Virus record (IMG/VR): IMGVR_UViG_2778261424_000010
Location: 1-41,171 of that record
Direction: 5' to 3' (one strand)
From: a virus
Lineage: Duplodnaviria > Heunggongvirae > Uroviricota > Caudoviricetes
DNA length: 41,171 nt
The position numbers were made by a program, and so were the translations under genes. Numbering within the stretch: the first letter of the stretch is position 1; each line of letters begins with the position of its first letter. Shown piece after piece: positions 33,089-40,622 of this stretch. Below the pieces are notes generated by a model. The model was not told where the DNA came from. It saw only the letters and a program-made list of their open reading frames with translations, and searched no databases.

Positions 33089-33690
33089 TGGATATTTTAT
33101 CAGCGATTTTTCGCCAGCAATCCCGGCGAATTGGCCTGCTGATCCCCAGCGTGGTCGTCTCCGAAAAGCATTCTGATGTGCTCGAAATTACTGAGCACCC
33201 GGTGGAGAAGCCAACAACGAATAGCGCTTCGGGCTTCATCGCCGATCATGCGTATAAGCGCCCCAGCGAAGTCACAATGGAATGCGGCTTCGCTGGTGGC
33301 GGTTCGTTGCTGGACTTCATTGATACATCTTCAATCGGCCTCAGCGCCGGACTTAGCCCGAAAGAGACCTATCAGCAACTACTGGATCTCCAGTCCTCTC
33401 GGGTGCCGTTCGATGTAGTGACCGGAAAGCGGGTTTACAGCAATATGCTGGTGCGAGCCATCGAGGTGACAACGGATAAAACCAGCGAGAACGTGCTGAA
33501 CTGCACGCTTACCCTGCGTGAAGTGATCATGTCGCAGACGCAGAGCGTTAGCGTTGCAGATAAATCAGATATGCAGGATGGCGTCAGCACATCGGCGGTG
33601 CAGAATTCCGGGATGAAATCCACTACACCGCCAAACGAATCCTTGCTGAGCCAGCTGGGCGGAAGCGTTACATCAGCATTCGGGGGATGA
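33088..33690 (+). CDS. Baseplate/tail tip protein
   Basis: 200 aa with TAATG coupling to the tape measure gene. Called by position. Confidence 0.45.
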   Translation: MDILSAIFRQQSRRIGLLIPSVVVSEKHSDVLEITEHPVEKPTTNSASGFIADHAYKRPSEVTMECGFAGGGSLLDFIDTSSIGLSAGLSPKETYQQLLDLQSSRVPFDVVTGKRVYSNMLVRAIEVTTDKTSENVLNCTLTLREVIMSQTQSVSVADKSDMQDGVSTSAVQNSGMKSTTPPNESLLSQLGGSVTSAFGG

Positions 33691-33691
33691 T

Positions 33692-33997
33692 ATGCAGTTT
33701 AACGAAATACCGCTTTCTCCTGACAATCAGCAGTTCCGCGTTTTGCTGGGCAATACCACGTATACACTCAGGATCATCTGGCGTGATGCGGCTGGCTGGA
33801 TTATGGACGTGATGGATAGCGGCGGTGCTGCGCTTCTTTCTGGCGTACCTCTCCTGACCGGCGTGAACCTATTACGACAATATCCACAGCTTGGCATTGA
33901 TGGCGCGCTGGTGGTGGCGACCGATAAGGGCGCACCAGACGAGCCCACCAAAACCAACCTCGGCACATACAGCCACCTCATTTTCGTACAGGAGTAG
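33692..33997 (+). CDS. Small baseplate/tail protein
   Basis: 101 aa. Called by position. Confidence 0.45.
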   Translation: MQFNEIPLSPDNQQFRVLLGNTTYTLRIIWRDAAGWIMDVMDSGGAALLSGVPLLTGVNLLRQYPQLGIDGALVVATDKGAPDEPTKTNLGTYSHLIFVQE

Positions 33998-33999
33998 AA

Positions 34000-35064
34000 A
34001 TGTCTCTTAACTGGATGCGCCATTTTGAGCTGCAACTGTTGGACCAGAACGGGCAGGGCGTTTCCCTGTCTGACTTTAAGGTCACGTTCCAGATCGAGTG
34101 GGCAGACACACGCTGGCCACGCGTGGCGAACGTGAAAATTTACAACCTTTCGACCGATACCACGAACAAGATACTGGGGCAGGAGTTTGCAAAAATTCGC
34201 ATCATTGCCGGGTATGACGGTATTGCGCCGGATGTTGATGCGAGCCAGGTTGGTGTCGCCCGGGAGATTTCACCAGACCAGGTAGGGCAGGTGAACGGTC
34301 AGAACTACGGCCTGATATTTGACGGTGATATTCGCTTCACCGTCACCGGGAAGGACAACATCACCGATTCCTGGGTGCTGATTCAGGCCATCAGTAACCA
34401 CGAAGCGTTCCTCTACGCGACTACCATCACCACGCTTGCCGCTGGTTATACCGTTGCGGACCTGCACCGGGCGACTATGCAGGATTTCAACGCGTTCGGC
34501 GTGACGCAGGGCATTACCGGTGACTTTCCTGATACCGTGTTTCCTCGTGGCCGTGCGATTTATTCATCCACCCGTAACGTGATGGATAATATTGCTGCGC
34601 AGTGCAAAGCGACATGGCAGCTGGTGGATGGTCAGGTCCAGATGGTGCCGGAGGATAAATATATTCACGAAGCCATTGTGTTGAATGCCGATACTGGCCT
34701 GATCGGTATGCCGCAACAAACGATGGGCGGCGGCGTAAACGTGCGGTGCCTGATAAACCCAAACATCCGTATTAATGGTCTTATCCAGCTCGATCAGGCT
34801 TCGGTGTACCGCGCCGCGCTCGGCAATAGCGAAATCGCACAGTCGCCCGGGCGTATCACCGAAACAGAAGAGAACGGCAACCGTGTGCTGACCGGCACGA
34901 CGTCACAGGCTGCCAGCATTGCGACGGATGGCGTTTATATCGTCAAAGCTATCGACTATACTGGCGACACCAGAGGTCAGGCGTGGTACATGGATTTGAT
35001 GTGTTTTGCGCGTGGCGCTCGTGATCTTTATAGCCCGAAAGCAATGCAAGGGACGACGAATTAG
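34000..35064 (+). CDS. Baseplate hub-like protein (Mu gp44 / P2 gpD-like position)
   Basis: 354 aa, upstream of the spike gene. Confidence 0.5.
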   Translation: MSLNWMRHFELQLLDQNGQGVSLSDFKVTFQIEWADTRWPRVANVKIYNLSTDTTNKILGQEFAKIRIIAGYDGIAPDVDASQVGVAREISPDQVGQVNGQNYGLIFDGDIRFTVTGKDNITDSWVLIQAISNHEAFLYATTITTLAAGYTVADLHRATMQDFNAFGVTQGITGDFPDTVFPRGRAIYSSTRNVMDNIAAQCKATWQLVDGQVQMVPEDKYIHEAIVLNADTGLIGMPQQTMGGGVNVRCLINPNIRINGLIQLDQASVYRAALGNSEIAQSPGRITETEENGNRVLTGTTSQAASIATDGVYIVKAIDYTGDTRGQAWYMDLMCFARGARDLYSPKAMQGTTN

Positions 35065-35076
35065 TGAGGTGGGGCC

Positions 35077-35421
35077 GTGAGACATTTACTTTGCACTGTT
35101 ACCGTGTTCGCGGTGCTTATATCAGCACCCGCTTTTGCGGATCAGCAATGTGGTGATTTTAAAATCCATTGGGCAGATGATGGCTTAGCCAGAATCAATG
35201 GCGCAAAGCCAGAAATGCAAAAAATCACCTTCCTGAAAAACAAAGGCGATTATAACAATATCAAGATGGATTGGCGTATGGCTACCGATCAGCCTGGAAG
35301 ATGGGTTGGTCTTGAGTACATCAATCGAAACGGCAAAGCCATTCTCAACGCACAGTGGTTGCAAGCCAGCATGGATTCGCCGCGTCAGTATGCAACATAC
35401 GACTGCCGAAAAGTAAAATAG
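35077..35421 (+). CDS. Moron-encoded secreted (periplasmic) protein, unknown function
   Basis: 114 aa with a GTG start after GAGGTGGGG. The signal peptide is MRHLLCTVTVFAVLISAPAFA|DQQ. Two Cys residues lie in the mature part. It is not a lipoprotein. Confidence 0.6.
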   Translation: MRHLLCTVTVFAVLISAPAFADQQCGDFKIHWADDGLARINGAKPEMQKITFLKNKGDYNNIKMDWRMATDQPGRWVGLEYINRNGKAILNAQWLQASMDSPRQYATYDCRKVK

Positions 35422-35439
35422 CCCGCCAGATAGGCGGGC
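35421..35439 (-). terminator. Hairpin terminator shared by the convergent moron genes
   Basis: GCCCGCC-AGATA-GGCGGGC. On the minus strand it is followed by TATTTTACTTTT. It overlaps the TAG of the plus-strand gene. Confidence 0.6.
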
Positions 35440-35444
35440 ATGCG

Positions 35445-35735
35445 TCAAAAATATTGAGCTTTAATTATAATAAACACAATAATTACGAACAGGATGTTTC
35501 TAATTATTTTTTGCTTATGAGTAAGTTGTTTTTTTTCTGTCGATTTCCCGGGAGAGTAAAGGTTAGTGGTATGCGACAGCCCCGTGCCGGGAAGGCCATT
35601 TGTCATCTTTACGCCTTTTTTTCCGATGTTAATGGTGGAACCTTTACCACCAATTGAAGTGCTTACTCCGCTTTTACTAATGTTGATCGCGAGTCCGGGC
35701 GCAATCCGGATTCTTTTACGAAATCTAAATCCCAT
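35445..35735 (-). CDS. DUF4236-like protein with a C-terminal TM anchor
   Basis: 96 aa, SD AGGAG. The N-terminus MGFRFRKRIRIAPGLAINISKSGVSTSIGGKG matches the DUF4236 signature as I remember it. The C-terminus IIRNILFVIIVFIIII is hydrophobic. The gene is very AT-rich. Confidence 0.65.
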   Translation of the reverse strand: MGFRFRKRIRIAPGLAINISKSGVSTSIGGKGSTINIGKKGVKMTNGLPGTGLSHTTNLYSPGKSTEKKQLTHKQKIIRNILFVIIVFIIIKAQYF

Positions 35736-35924
35736 TTGTTACTCCTGTAGTCAATAATGCGATGGTGCAGGTCCACTCTATGGCGGCTTCATGGCTGAAA
35801 TTGATTTTCAATGCTTACTTGTTGCAAACATATCCTAATACACCTTGTGAATGTGTGCCATTGCAGCGGAAAAGCCTTACTTCACACTGATGTAGCTTAG
35901 TTACTAAGAGATAATTGATACCAA

Positions 35925-35947
35925 ACCAGCTTCGGCTGGTTTTTTTA
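35925..35947 (+). terminator. Rho-independent terminator 10 nt upstream of the spike gene
   Basis: ACCAGC-TTCG-GCTGGT is followed by TTTTTTAT. I could not find a plus-strand gene or a clear promoter between it and the DUF4236-like gene. Confidence 0.55.
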
Positions 35948-35957
35948 TGGGGGTTTT

Positions 35958-36695
35958 ATGCCAATTCCAACTCAATCACAGATCGGGGGTGAGCAGCAGA
36001 CCGCGCAGGCCATTGCCGATTCGGTGTCTACCCAGATGCGCGTAGCGATGCCCGGCATCATTCAGTCGTTCGATCCTGACACTGTTACCTGCACAGTAGA
36101 GGTAGCGCTTCGCGGTATTGTTGGCGATGGCTCCACCGAATTAAAACCGCTGGTGGATGTGCCGGTTATCTTCCCGCGCGGCGGCGGTTGCACGCTGACC
36201 TTTCCGGTAAAAGAAGGCGACGAGTGCCTGCTGATCTTTGCCGACCGTTGCATCGATTTCTGGTGGCAGAGCGGCGGCGTTCAGGAGACCGTCGACCCGC
36301 GCCAGCATGACTTATCTGATGCGTTCGCCATCGTTGGCCCGCAGTCGAAAGCGCAGAAAATAAGCGGTATCAGTACCAGCGCCGCGCAGCTGCGCAGCGA
36401 CGACGGAAGCTCGTTCTTTGAGCTCAACCCCACTACGCAGAAAATTAAAATCGTAGCGCCTGGCGGTCTGGAAGTGGTTACCCCGCTGGCCGACTTCTCG
36501 GCGAAAGTTACCATTCACGGGCTCCTTTCCTGGCTTGGTGGAATGGTGGGTTCTGTTGCTTCTGGCGTTGCATCCAAAATCACTGGCGCTGTCGAGTTTA
36601 TCGGCACCGTTAAAGCTAACGGTAAGTCAATTGATGATACGCACACTCATGGAGGCGTGCAGCATGGCACCAGCAACACAGACGGGGTGAACTGA
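35958..36695 (+). CDS. Baseplate central spike protein (Mu gp45 / gp138-N-like)
   Basis: 245 aa. MPGIIQSFDP...VDVPVIFPRGGG...GDECLLIFADR is typical of gpV/gp45-type spikes. Confidence 0.7.
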   Translation: MPIPTQSQIGGEQQTAQAIADSVSTQMRVAMPGIIQSFDPDTVTCTVEVALRGIVGDGSTELKPLVDVPVIFPRGGGCTLTFPVKEGDECLLIFADRCIDFWWQSGGVQETVDPRQHDLSDAFAIVGPQSKAQKISGISTSAAQLRSDDGSSFFELNPTTQKIKIVAPGGLEVVTPLADFSAKVTIHGLLSWLGGMVGSVASGVASKITGAVEFIGTVKANGKSIDDTHTHGGVQHGTSNTDGVN

Positions 36696-37048
36696 TGCGA
36701 TACAGACGTGAAGACGCCGACGGTGATTACACTTTCGGGCAGGGTGACGATACTTTCCTTATCGACAGTCCGGAATGTGTCGCCCAGGCAGTAAAAACCC
36801 GCTTCGAGCTGTGGCGCGGTCAGTGGTTTCTCGATCTGACGGAAGGCACGCCGTATGTTCAGTCGGTGCTTGGTAAACAGCGATCTGACGTCTACATCCT
36901 GGCTATACGTGAACGCATACAGGACACACCGGGCGTTCTGTCGATTCTTTCCTTCGATACCAATTATGACGGCACCAGCCGTCGCGTCACCTTCACTTCC
37001 TCCATTGACACAATCTACGGCCAGACGACTGTAACAAGCGAGGCATAA
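36695..37048 (+). CDS. Baseplate wedge protein (gp25/W-like)
   Basis: 117 aa, positioned between the spike and the J-like protein. Confidence 0.5.
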   Translation: MRYRREDADGDYTFGQGDDTFLIDSPECVAQAVKTRFELWRGQWFLDLTEGTPYVQSVLGKQRSDVYILAIRERIQDTPGVLSILSFDTNYDGTSRRVTFTSSIDTIYGQTTVTSEA

Positions 37049-38248
37049 ATGGCTTTGAACCTCGACACGCTGGGGCTATCGGCAACGGTAACCGCCCAGG
37101 GGATTAGTGCGCCTGATTACCAGACAATCCTTGATACACTGACCAGCTATTTCAGGCAGATTTACGGTAGTGATGCCTACCTCGAACCAGACAGCAAAGA
37201 TGGGCAAATGGTCGCGCTGGTGGCTCTTGCGGTGCATGACGCTAACAATACCGCTATCGAGATCTACAACTCTTTTTCACCGACGACAGCGCAGGCCGCA
37301 GCGCTTAGCAACAATGTGAAAATTAACGGGATCACGCGAAAAGTAGCGACAAACTCTACTGCTGACCTTCTGTTAACCGGTACGGCAGGCACGACTATCA
37401 CGAATGGCTCCGCACGGGATAAAAACGGCATTATCTGGAATTTTCCAGCGAGTGTGGCGATCGGCGTTGATGGTACTGTGCTGGTGACGGCCACATGTGC
37501 GAATAGCGGTTCGGTTGCGGCGCTGGCCGGGACTATTACCACTATCAACACCCCGACCCGAGGTTGGGTGTCGGTAACCAATCCAGTTGCGGCTACTGTC
37601 GGTTCACCAGCCGAAACCGACGCAGAGCTGCGCATTCGGCAGGGGCAAAGCGTCGCGCTACCATCGATCACACCGTTTGAAGGTGTCGACGGTGCTATCG
37701 CTAATGTTGCTGGCGTGACACGTCACAAACTATATGAGAACGACACTGGGGCAACCGACAGCAACGGGCTGCCGCCACACTCTATTTCCGCCATCGTCGA
37801 TGGAGGGGATGTTACCGAGATAGCCCAGACCATCAGGGGGAATAAAGGGCAGGGAACCGCAACTTACGGTAAAACTTCTGTCACAGTGCCGGATACTTAT
37901 GGTAATCCTCACGTCATCAGTTTTTCGCGCTCTACCGATGTGCCAATTTTCGTAGCCATTACCCTGAAAGTTTTTACCGGCTATACCTCTCAAATCGGCG
38001 AGCAGATTAAACAGGCTGTTGCCGATTATATAAATGGCCTAACAATTGGCGACGACGTTCTGCTGAGCCGTATTTATTCCCCGGCAAACCTCGGCGTTGT
38101 GAGCGGCGGGAATGCCCGCTATTACGATATTACCGACCTGCTGATCGGTAAGTCGTCTGGCAGCGTATCGGCATCAAACATTGATATTGCCTATGATGCT
38201 TCAGCGTCCTGTAGCACCGCGAATATCAGTATCACGGTGACCTCATGA
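37049..38248 (+). CDS. Baseplate J-like protein
   Basis: 399 aa. Size and position fit, and the motif ETDAELRIR is typical of the J family. Confidence 0.7.
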   Translation: MALNLDTLGLSATVTAQGISAPDYQTILDTLTSYFRQIYGSDAYLEPDSKDGQMVALVALAVHDANNTAIEIYNSFSPTTAQAAALSNNVKINGITRKVATNSTADLLLTGTAGTTITNGSARDKNGIIWNFPASVAIGVDGTVLVTATCANSGSVAALAGTITTINTPTRGWVSVTNPVAATVGSPAETDAELRIRQGQSVALPSITPFEGVDGAIANVAGVTRHKLYENDTGATDSNGLPPHSISAIVDGGDVTEIAQTIRGNKGQGTATYGKTSVTVPDTYGNPHVISFSRSTDVPIFVAITLKVFTGYTSQIGEQIKQAVADYINGLTIGDDVLLSRIYSPANLGVVSGGNARYYDITDLLIGKSSGSVSASNIDIAYDASASCSTANISITVTS

Positions 38249-38925
38249 GCAAATACACCGAACTGATCACTAACTACCACGCTACCAAGCCACTCTTTTT
38301 TGACCATATAGATCTGAGCACCCGCCCGCTGATTGATGTGTCCAGCACTATGTCAGGGCTTATAACAGCCTTCGATATCGATACTGCTGTCGGTGTACAG
38401 CTCGACATCCTCGGTCTGTGGATCGGACGCAGTCGCATAGTCAGCCAGCCAATTGGCGGAGTTTATTTCAGCTGGGACACTGACGGGCTTGGGTATGACC
38501 AGGGCATCTGGCAAGGGCCATATGATCCTGATTCTGGCTATACGACGCTAAGCGATGAGACGTACCGCATCATTCTGAAAGCGAAAATCGCTATCAACAA
38601 CTGGGACGGTCGGAACGACTCTCTGCCTCCCATCCTTGACGCTGCTACCGCAGGCTCAGGCCTGAGGATGCAGATCGTCGACAACCAGGACATGACGATT
38701 TCGGTCTGGGTTTTCCCTGAAACTGATATTTCTGATGTGTCTCTCGAACTGATCGCCGCTATCAAACAGGGCTATCTCACCGTTAAATCAGCTGGCGTAT
38801 GGGCCGGTGATGTTGAAACGCCTTCGGTAGAAACACCGTCAGAAGGCTCTAAATTCTTTGGGTTTGATATGGATAACGAATACATCGGCGGGTTCGATGT
38901 TGGAGCATGGGGGACAATACTCTAA
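38245..38925 (+). CDS. Baseplate/tail-fibre adaptor protein (DUF2612 / gpI-like)
   Basis: 226 aa, between the J-like protein and the fibre. Confidence 0.5.
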   Translation: MSKYTELITNYHATKPLFFDHIDLSTRPLIDVSSTMSGLITAFDIDTAVGVQLDILGLWIGRSRIVSQPIGGVYFSWDTDGLGYDQGIWQGPYDPDSGYTTLSDETYRIILKAKIAINNWDGRNDSLPPILDAATAGSGLRMQIVDNQDMTISVWVFPETDISDVSLELIAAIKQGYLTVKSAGVWAGDVETPSVETPSEGSKFFGFDMDNEYIGGFDVGAWGTIL

Positions 38926-39824
38926 TGGCAATAAACAACTTTAAACCTTTCGCGCTTGATCCGAACGCTAACGTCACCTCACAAGCTGACTGGGAAGCAC
39001 TTCCGGCTCTGCTTTCAGGGTTTACGGCAGGTAAAGCATCCAGCGCACAGGTCAACAAAGCTATTCGGCAAGCCAGCTTTATCGCGGCAGCGTTGGCGCA
39101 GTACACCGCCAACAAAAGCGGGCTGGATGTGCTTGATGATGGAGACCTGAACGGGTTTATATCCAAAATGGGGACCGCTTTCGGGAAAGATTTCCAGGCG
39201 CTTGATGCCACGCTGTCGGCATTAGCTGGGCTCGCAACAGGTGCAAATAAACTCCCATATTTCACTGGAAATGATACAGCAGCGCAGACTGATTTAACTT
39301 CTGTTGGCCGTGACATTATTGGGAAAAATACTATTGCTGACATTCTCACATACCTTGGTTTGGGAGAAACGATAAATAAAGCCTCCGGAGCTATGCAGAA
39401 ATCGGCTAATGGAGCTGATATTTCTGATGTATCAGCCTTCCGAAATGCGCTCCAGTTAGGGACCGCAGCAACACGAGATGTTGGAGCAGATAATGCCTCG
39501 AAGTTACTGGATTTAGACAGCTTCAGGTCAATGATGTCAGGGAATGGCTACATCTACATTCCATGCATTGCGACGACAGGAAACCCGGTGAAACTTATGT
39601 TGCAGTGGGGAACGGTGGCAACACAAAAGGGAGCTGATGCTGGATATGCCTTACCATTTGCTTTTCCCTATGCAGGCTTATTTGCGACCGGAAACCGTGG
39701 AACATCTGGCTACAATGCCGCGATGAATGTGCGTATTGCCAGCAGAACGCATATCAGTATTCAGAACTGGTCGCCATCCGGAGAGGGCACCGAAGATTGT
39801 TGTTTTATCGCGCTGGGGTATTAA
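38925..39824 (+). CDS. Tail fibre protein (constant N-part plus currently expressed variable C-part)
   Basis: 299 aa from ATG 38925 (TAATG coupling). An invertase crossover site lies at codons 140-148. Its C-terminal domain resembles the inverted cassette at 40265-40570. Confidence 0.8.
   Translation: MAINNFKPFALDPNANVTSQADWEALPALLSGFTAGKASSAQVNKAIRQASFIAAALAQYTANKSGLDVLDDGDLNGFISKMGTAFGKDFQALDATLSALAGLATGANKLPYFTGNDTAAQTDLTSVGRDIIGKNTIADILTYLGLGETINKASGAMQKSANGADISDVSAFRNALQLGTAATRDVGADNASKLLDLDSFRSMMSGNGYIYIPCIATTGNPVKLMLQWGTVATQKGADAGYALPFAFPYAGLFATGNRGTSGYNAAMNVRIASRTHISIQNWSPSGEGTEDCCFIALGY
39343..39368. repeat. Hin/Gin-family crossover site 1 (inside the fibre gene)
   Basis: TTCTCACATACC TT GGTTTGGGAGAA: two 12-bp half-sites (10/12 symmetric) around a 2-bp core. 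The reverse complement reads TTCTCCCAAACC AA GGTATGTGAGAA. Confidence 0.75.
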
Positions 39825-39826
39825 GA

Positions 39827-40237
39827 ATGAATAAATTTTATAAAGGCTCTTTCTATCCGAAAGCACTAAAAGAGGTATATATCAGCGCCGGTTCATGGCC
39901 TGAAAATGGCGTTGATGTTGATGATGAAACAATGGCAATTTACACAGGCGTAGCGCCACAAGGCAAAACGCTGGGGGCTGATAAAAATGGTAATCCTGCG
40001 TGGATTGATATCCCGCCACTCTCCGCTGAACAACAGATTATTCAGGCTGAACAGAAAAGAACGGTATTGCGTTCTATGGCTGATAAGGAAATAGTCTGGA
40101 GACAGGATGCTTTTGATGCGGAAATCGCGACGGCAGAAGAAACCGCCGCGTTATCTGAATGGAAAAAATACCGGGTGCTGCTGATGCGCGTTGATACCTC
40201 AAAAGCCCCCGATATTCTGTGGCCTCCGCAACCGTAA
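39827..40237 (+). CDS. Tail fibre assembly protein (Tfa/U-like)
   Basis: 136 aa from ATG 39827. The C-terminus WKKYRVLLMRVDTSKAPDILWPPQP is the typical Tfa ending. Confidence 0.8.
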   Translation: MNKFYKGSFYPKALKEVYISAGSWPENGVDVDDETMAIYTGVAPQGKTLGADKNGNPAWIDIPPLSAEQQIIQAEQKRTVLRSMADKEIVWRQDAFDAEIATAEETAALSEWKKYRVLLMRVDTSKAPDILWPPQP

Positions 40238-40266
40238 CAAAAAGCCGCTGTTTGCGGCTTTCTCTT
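40238..40266. terminator. Bidirectional terminator in the middle of the invertible segment
   Basis: AAGCCGC-TGTTT-GCGGCTT. It is followed by TCTCTTAT on the plus strand and by TTTTTG on the minus strand. Confidence 0.55.
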
Positions 40267-40570
40267 ATATCCCCAGCGCAAGATAGGTGTAGCTGTCAAT
40301 ATTGTTTGCCGTACCGTTTCCACCCCAGCCATAGAGACTAAACCCGGTCTGCGTGTAATTAACAGATGTTACATACCGATGGTCAGCTGTGATTTTATGC
40401 GGAAGAACGATAAATGGGGTGACATTAAACGGTTTTTTAAAGCTTACCGTAGCATTGGTCGCCTGAACCGAGCCGTGCCCCCATTGCAGCAGCAATCCTC
40501 CCGGTAATTCAAAGTACCCATCAGCCTCCAGTAACCGTTCTCCAAATCCAACCTTTTTTATAACCATCAA
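40265..40570 (-). CDS. Silent alternative tail-fibre C-terminal cassette
   Basis: The cassette contains LLLQWGHGSV...YTYLALGI, compared with LMLQWGTVAT...CCFIALGY in the expressed fibre. Its first codons (KKVGFGE) carry crossover site 2. It would be expressed only after inversion. Confidence 0.65.
   Translation of the reverse strand: MMVIKKVGFGERLLEADGYFELPGGLLLQWGHGSVQATNATVSFKKPFNVTPFIVLPHKITADHRYVTSVNYTQTGFSLYGWGGNGTANNIDSYTYLALGI
40538..40563. repeat. Hin/Gin-family crossover site 2
   Basis: TTCTCCAAATCC AA CCTTTTTTATAA. The left half matches the reverse complement of site 1 at 10/12 positions. The core dinucleotide is inverted relative to site 1. Confidence 0.7.
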
Positions 40571-40622
40571 AAATCTGGTGATGCTTCGCCGTTTCTCCTG
40601 TTTTCATAACAGGAGAAATCCC

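Larger units (their letters stand above)
39343..40563. mobile_element. Invertible tail-fibre segment (about 1.2 kb)
   Basis: It is bounded by inverted 26-bp crossover sites and sits next to a serine invertase. The reading frames match across the 2-bp cores. Confidence 0.75.

Noticed and set aside
40592-40618. The palindrome as a third invertase crossover site
   Set aside because: The TTCTCC...GGAGAA ends are 25 bp apart rather than 26 bp, so there is no central 2-bp core. The inner half-site sequence does not match sites 1 and 2 beyond the first 6 nt. I kept it as a probable SD-sequestering or regulatory palindrome.
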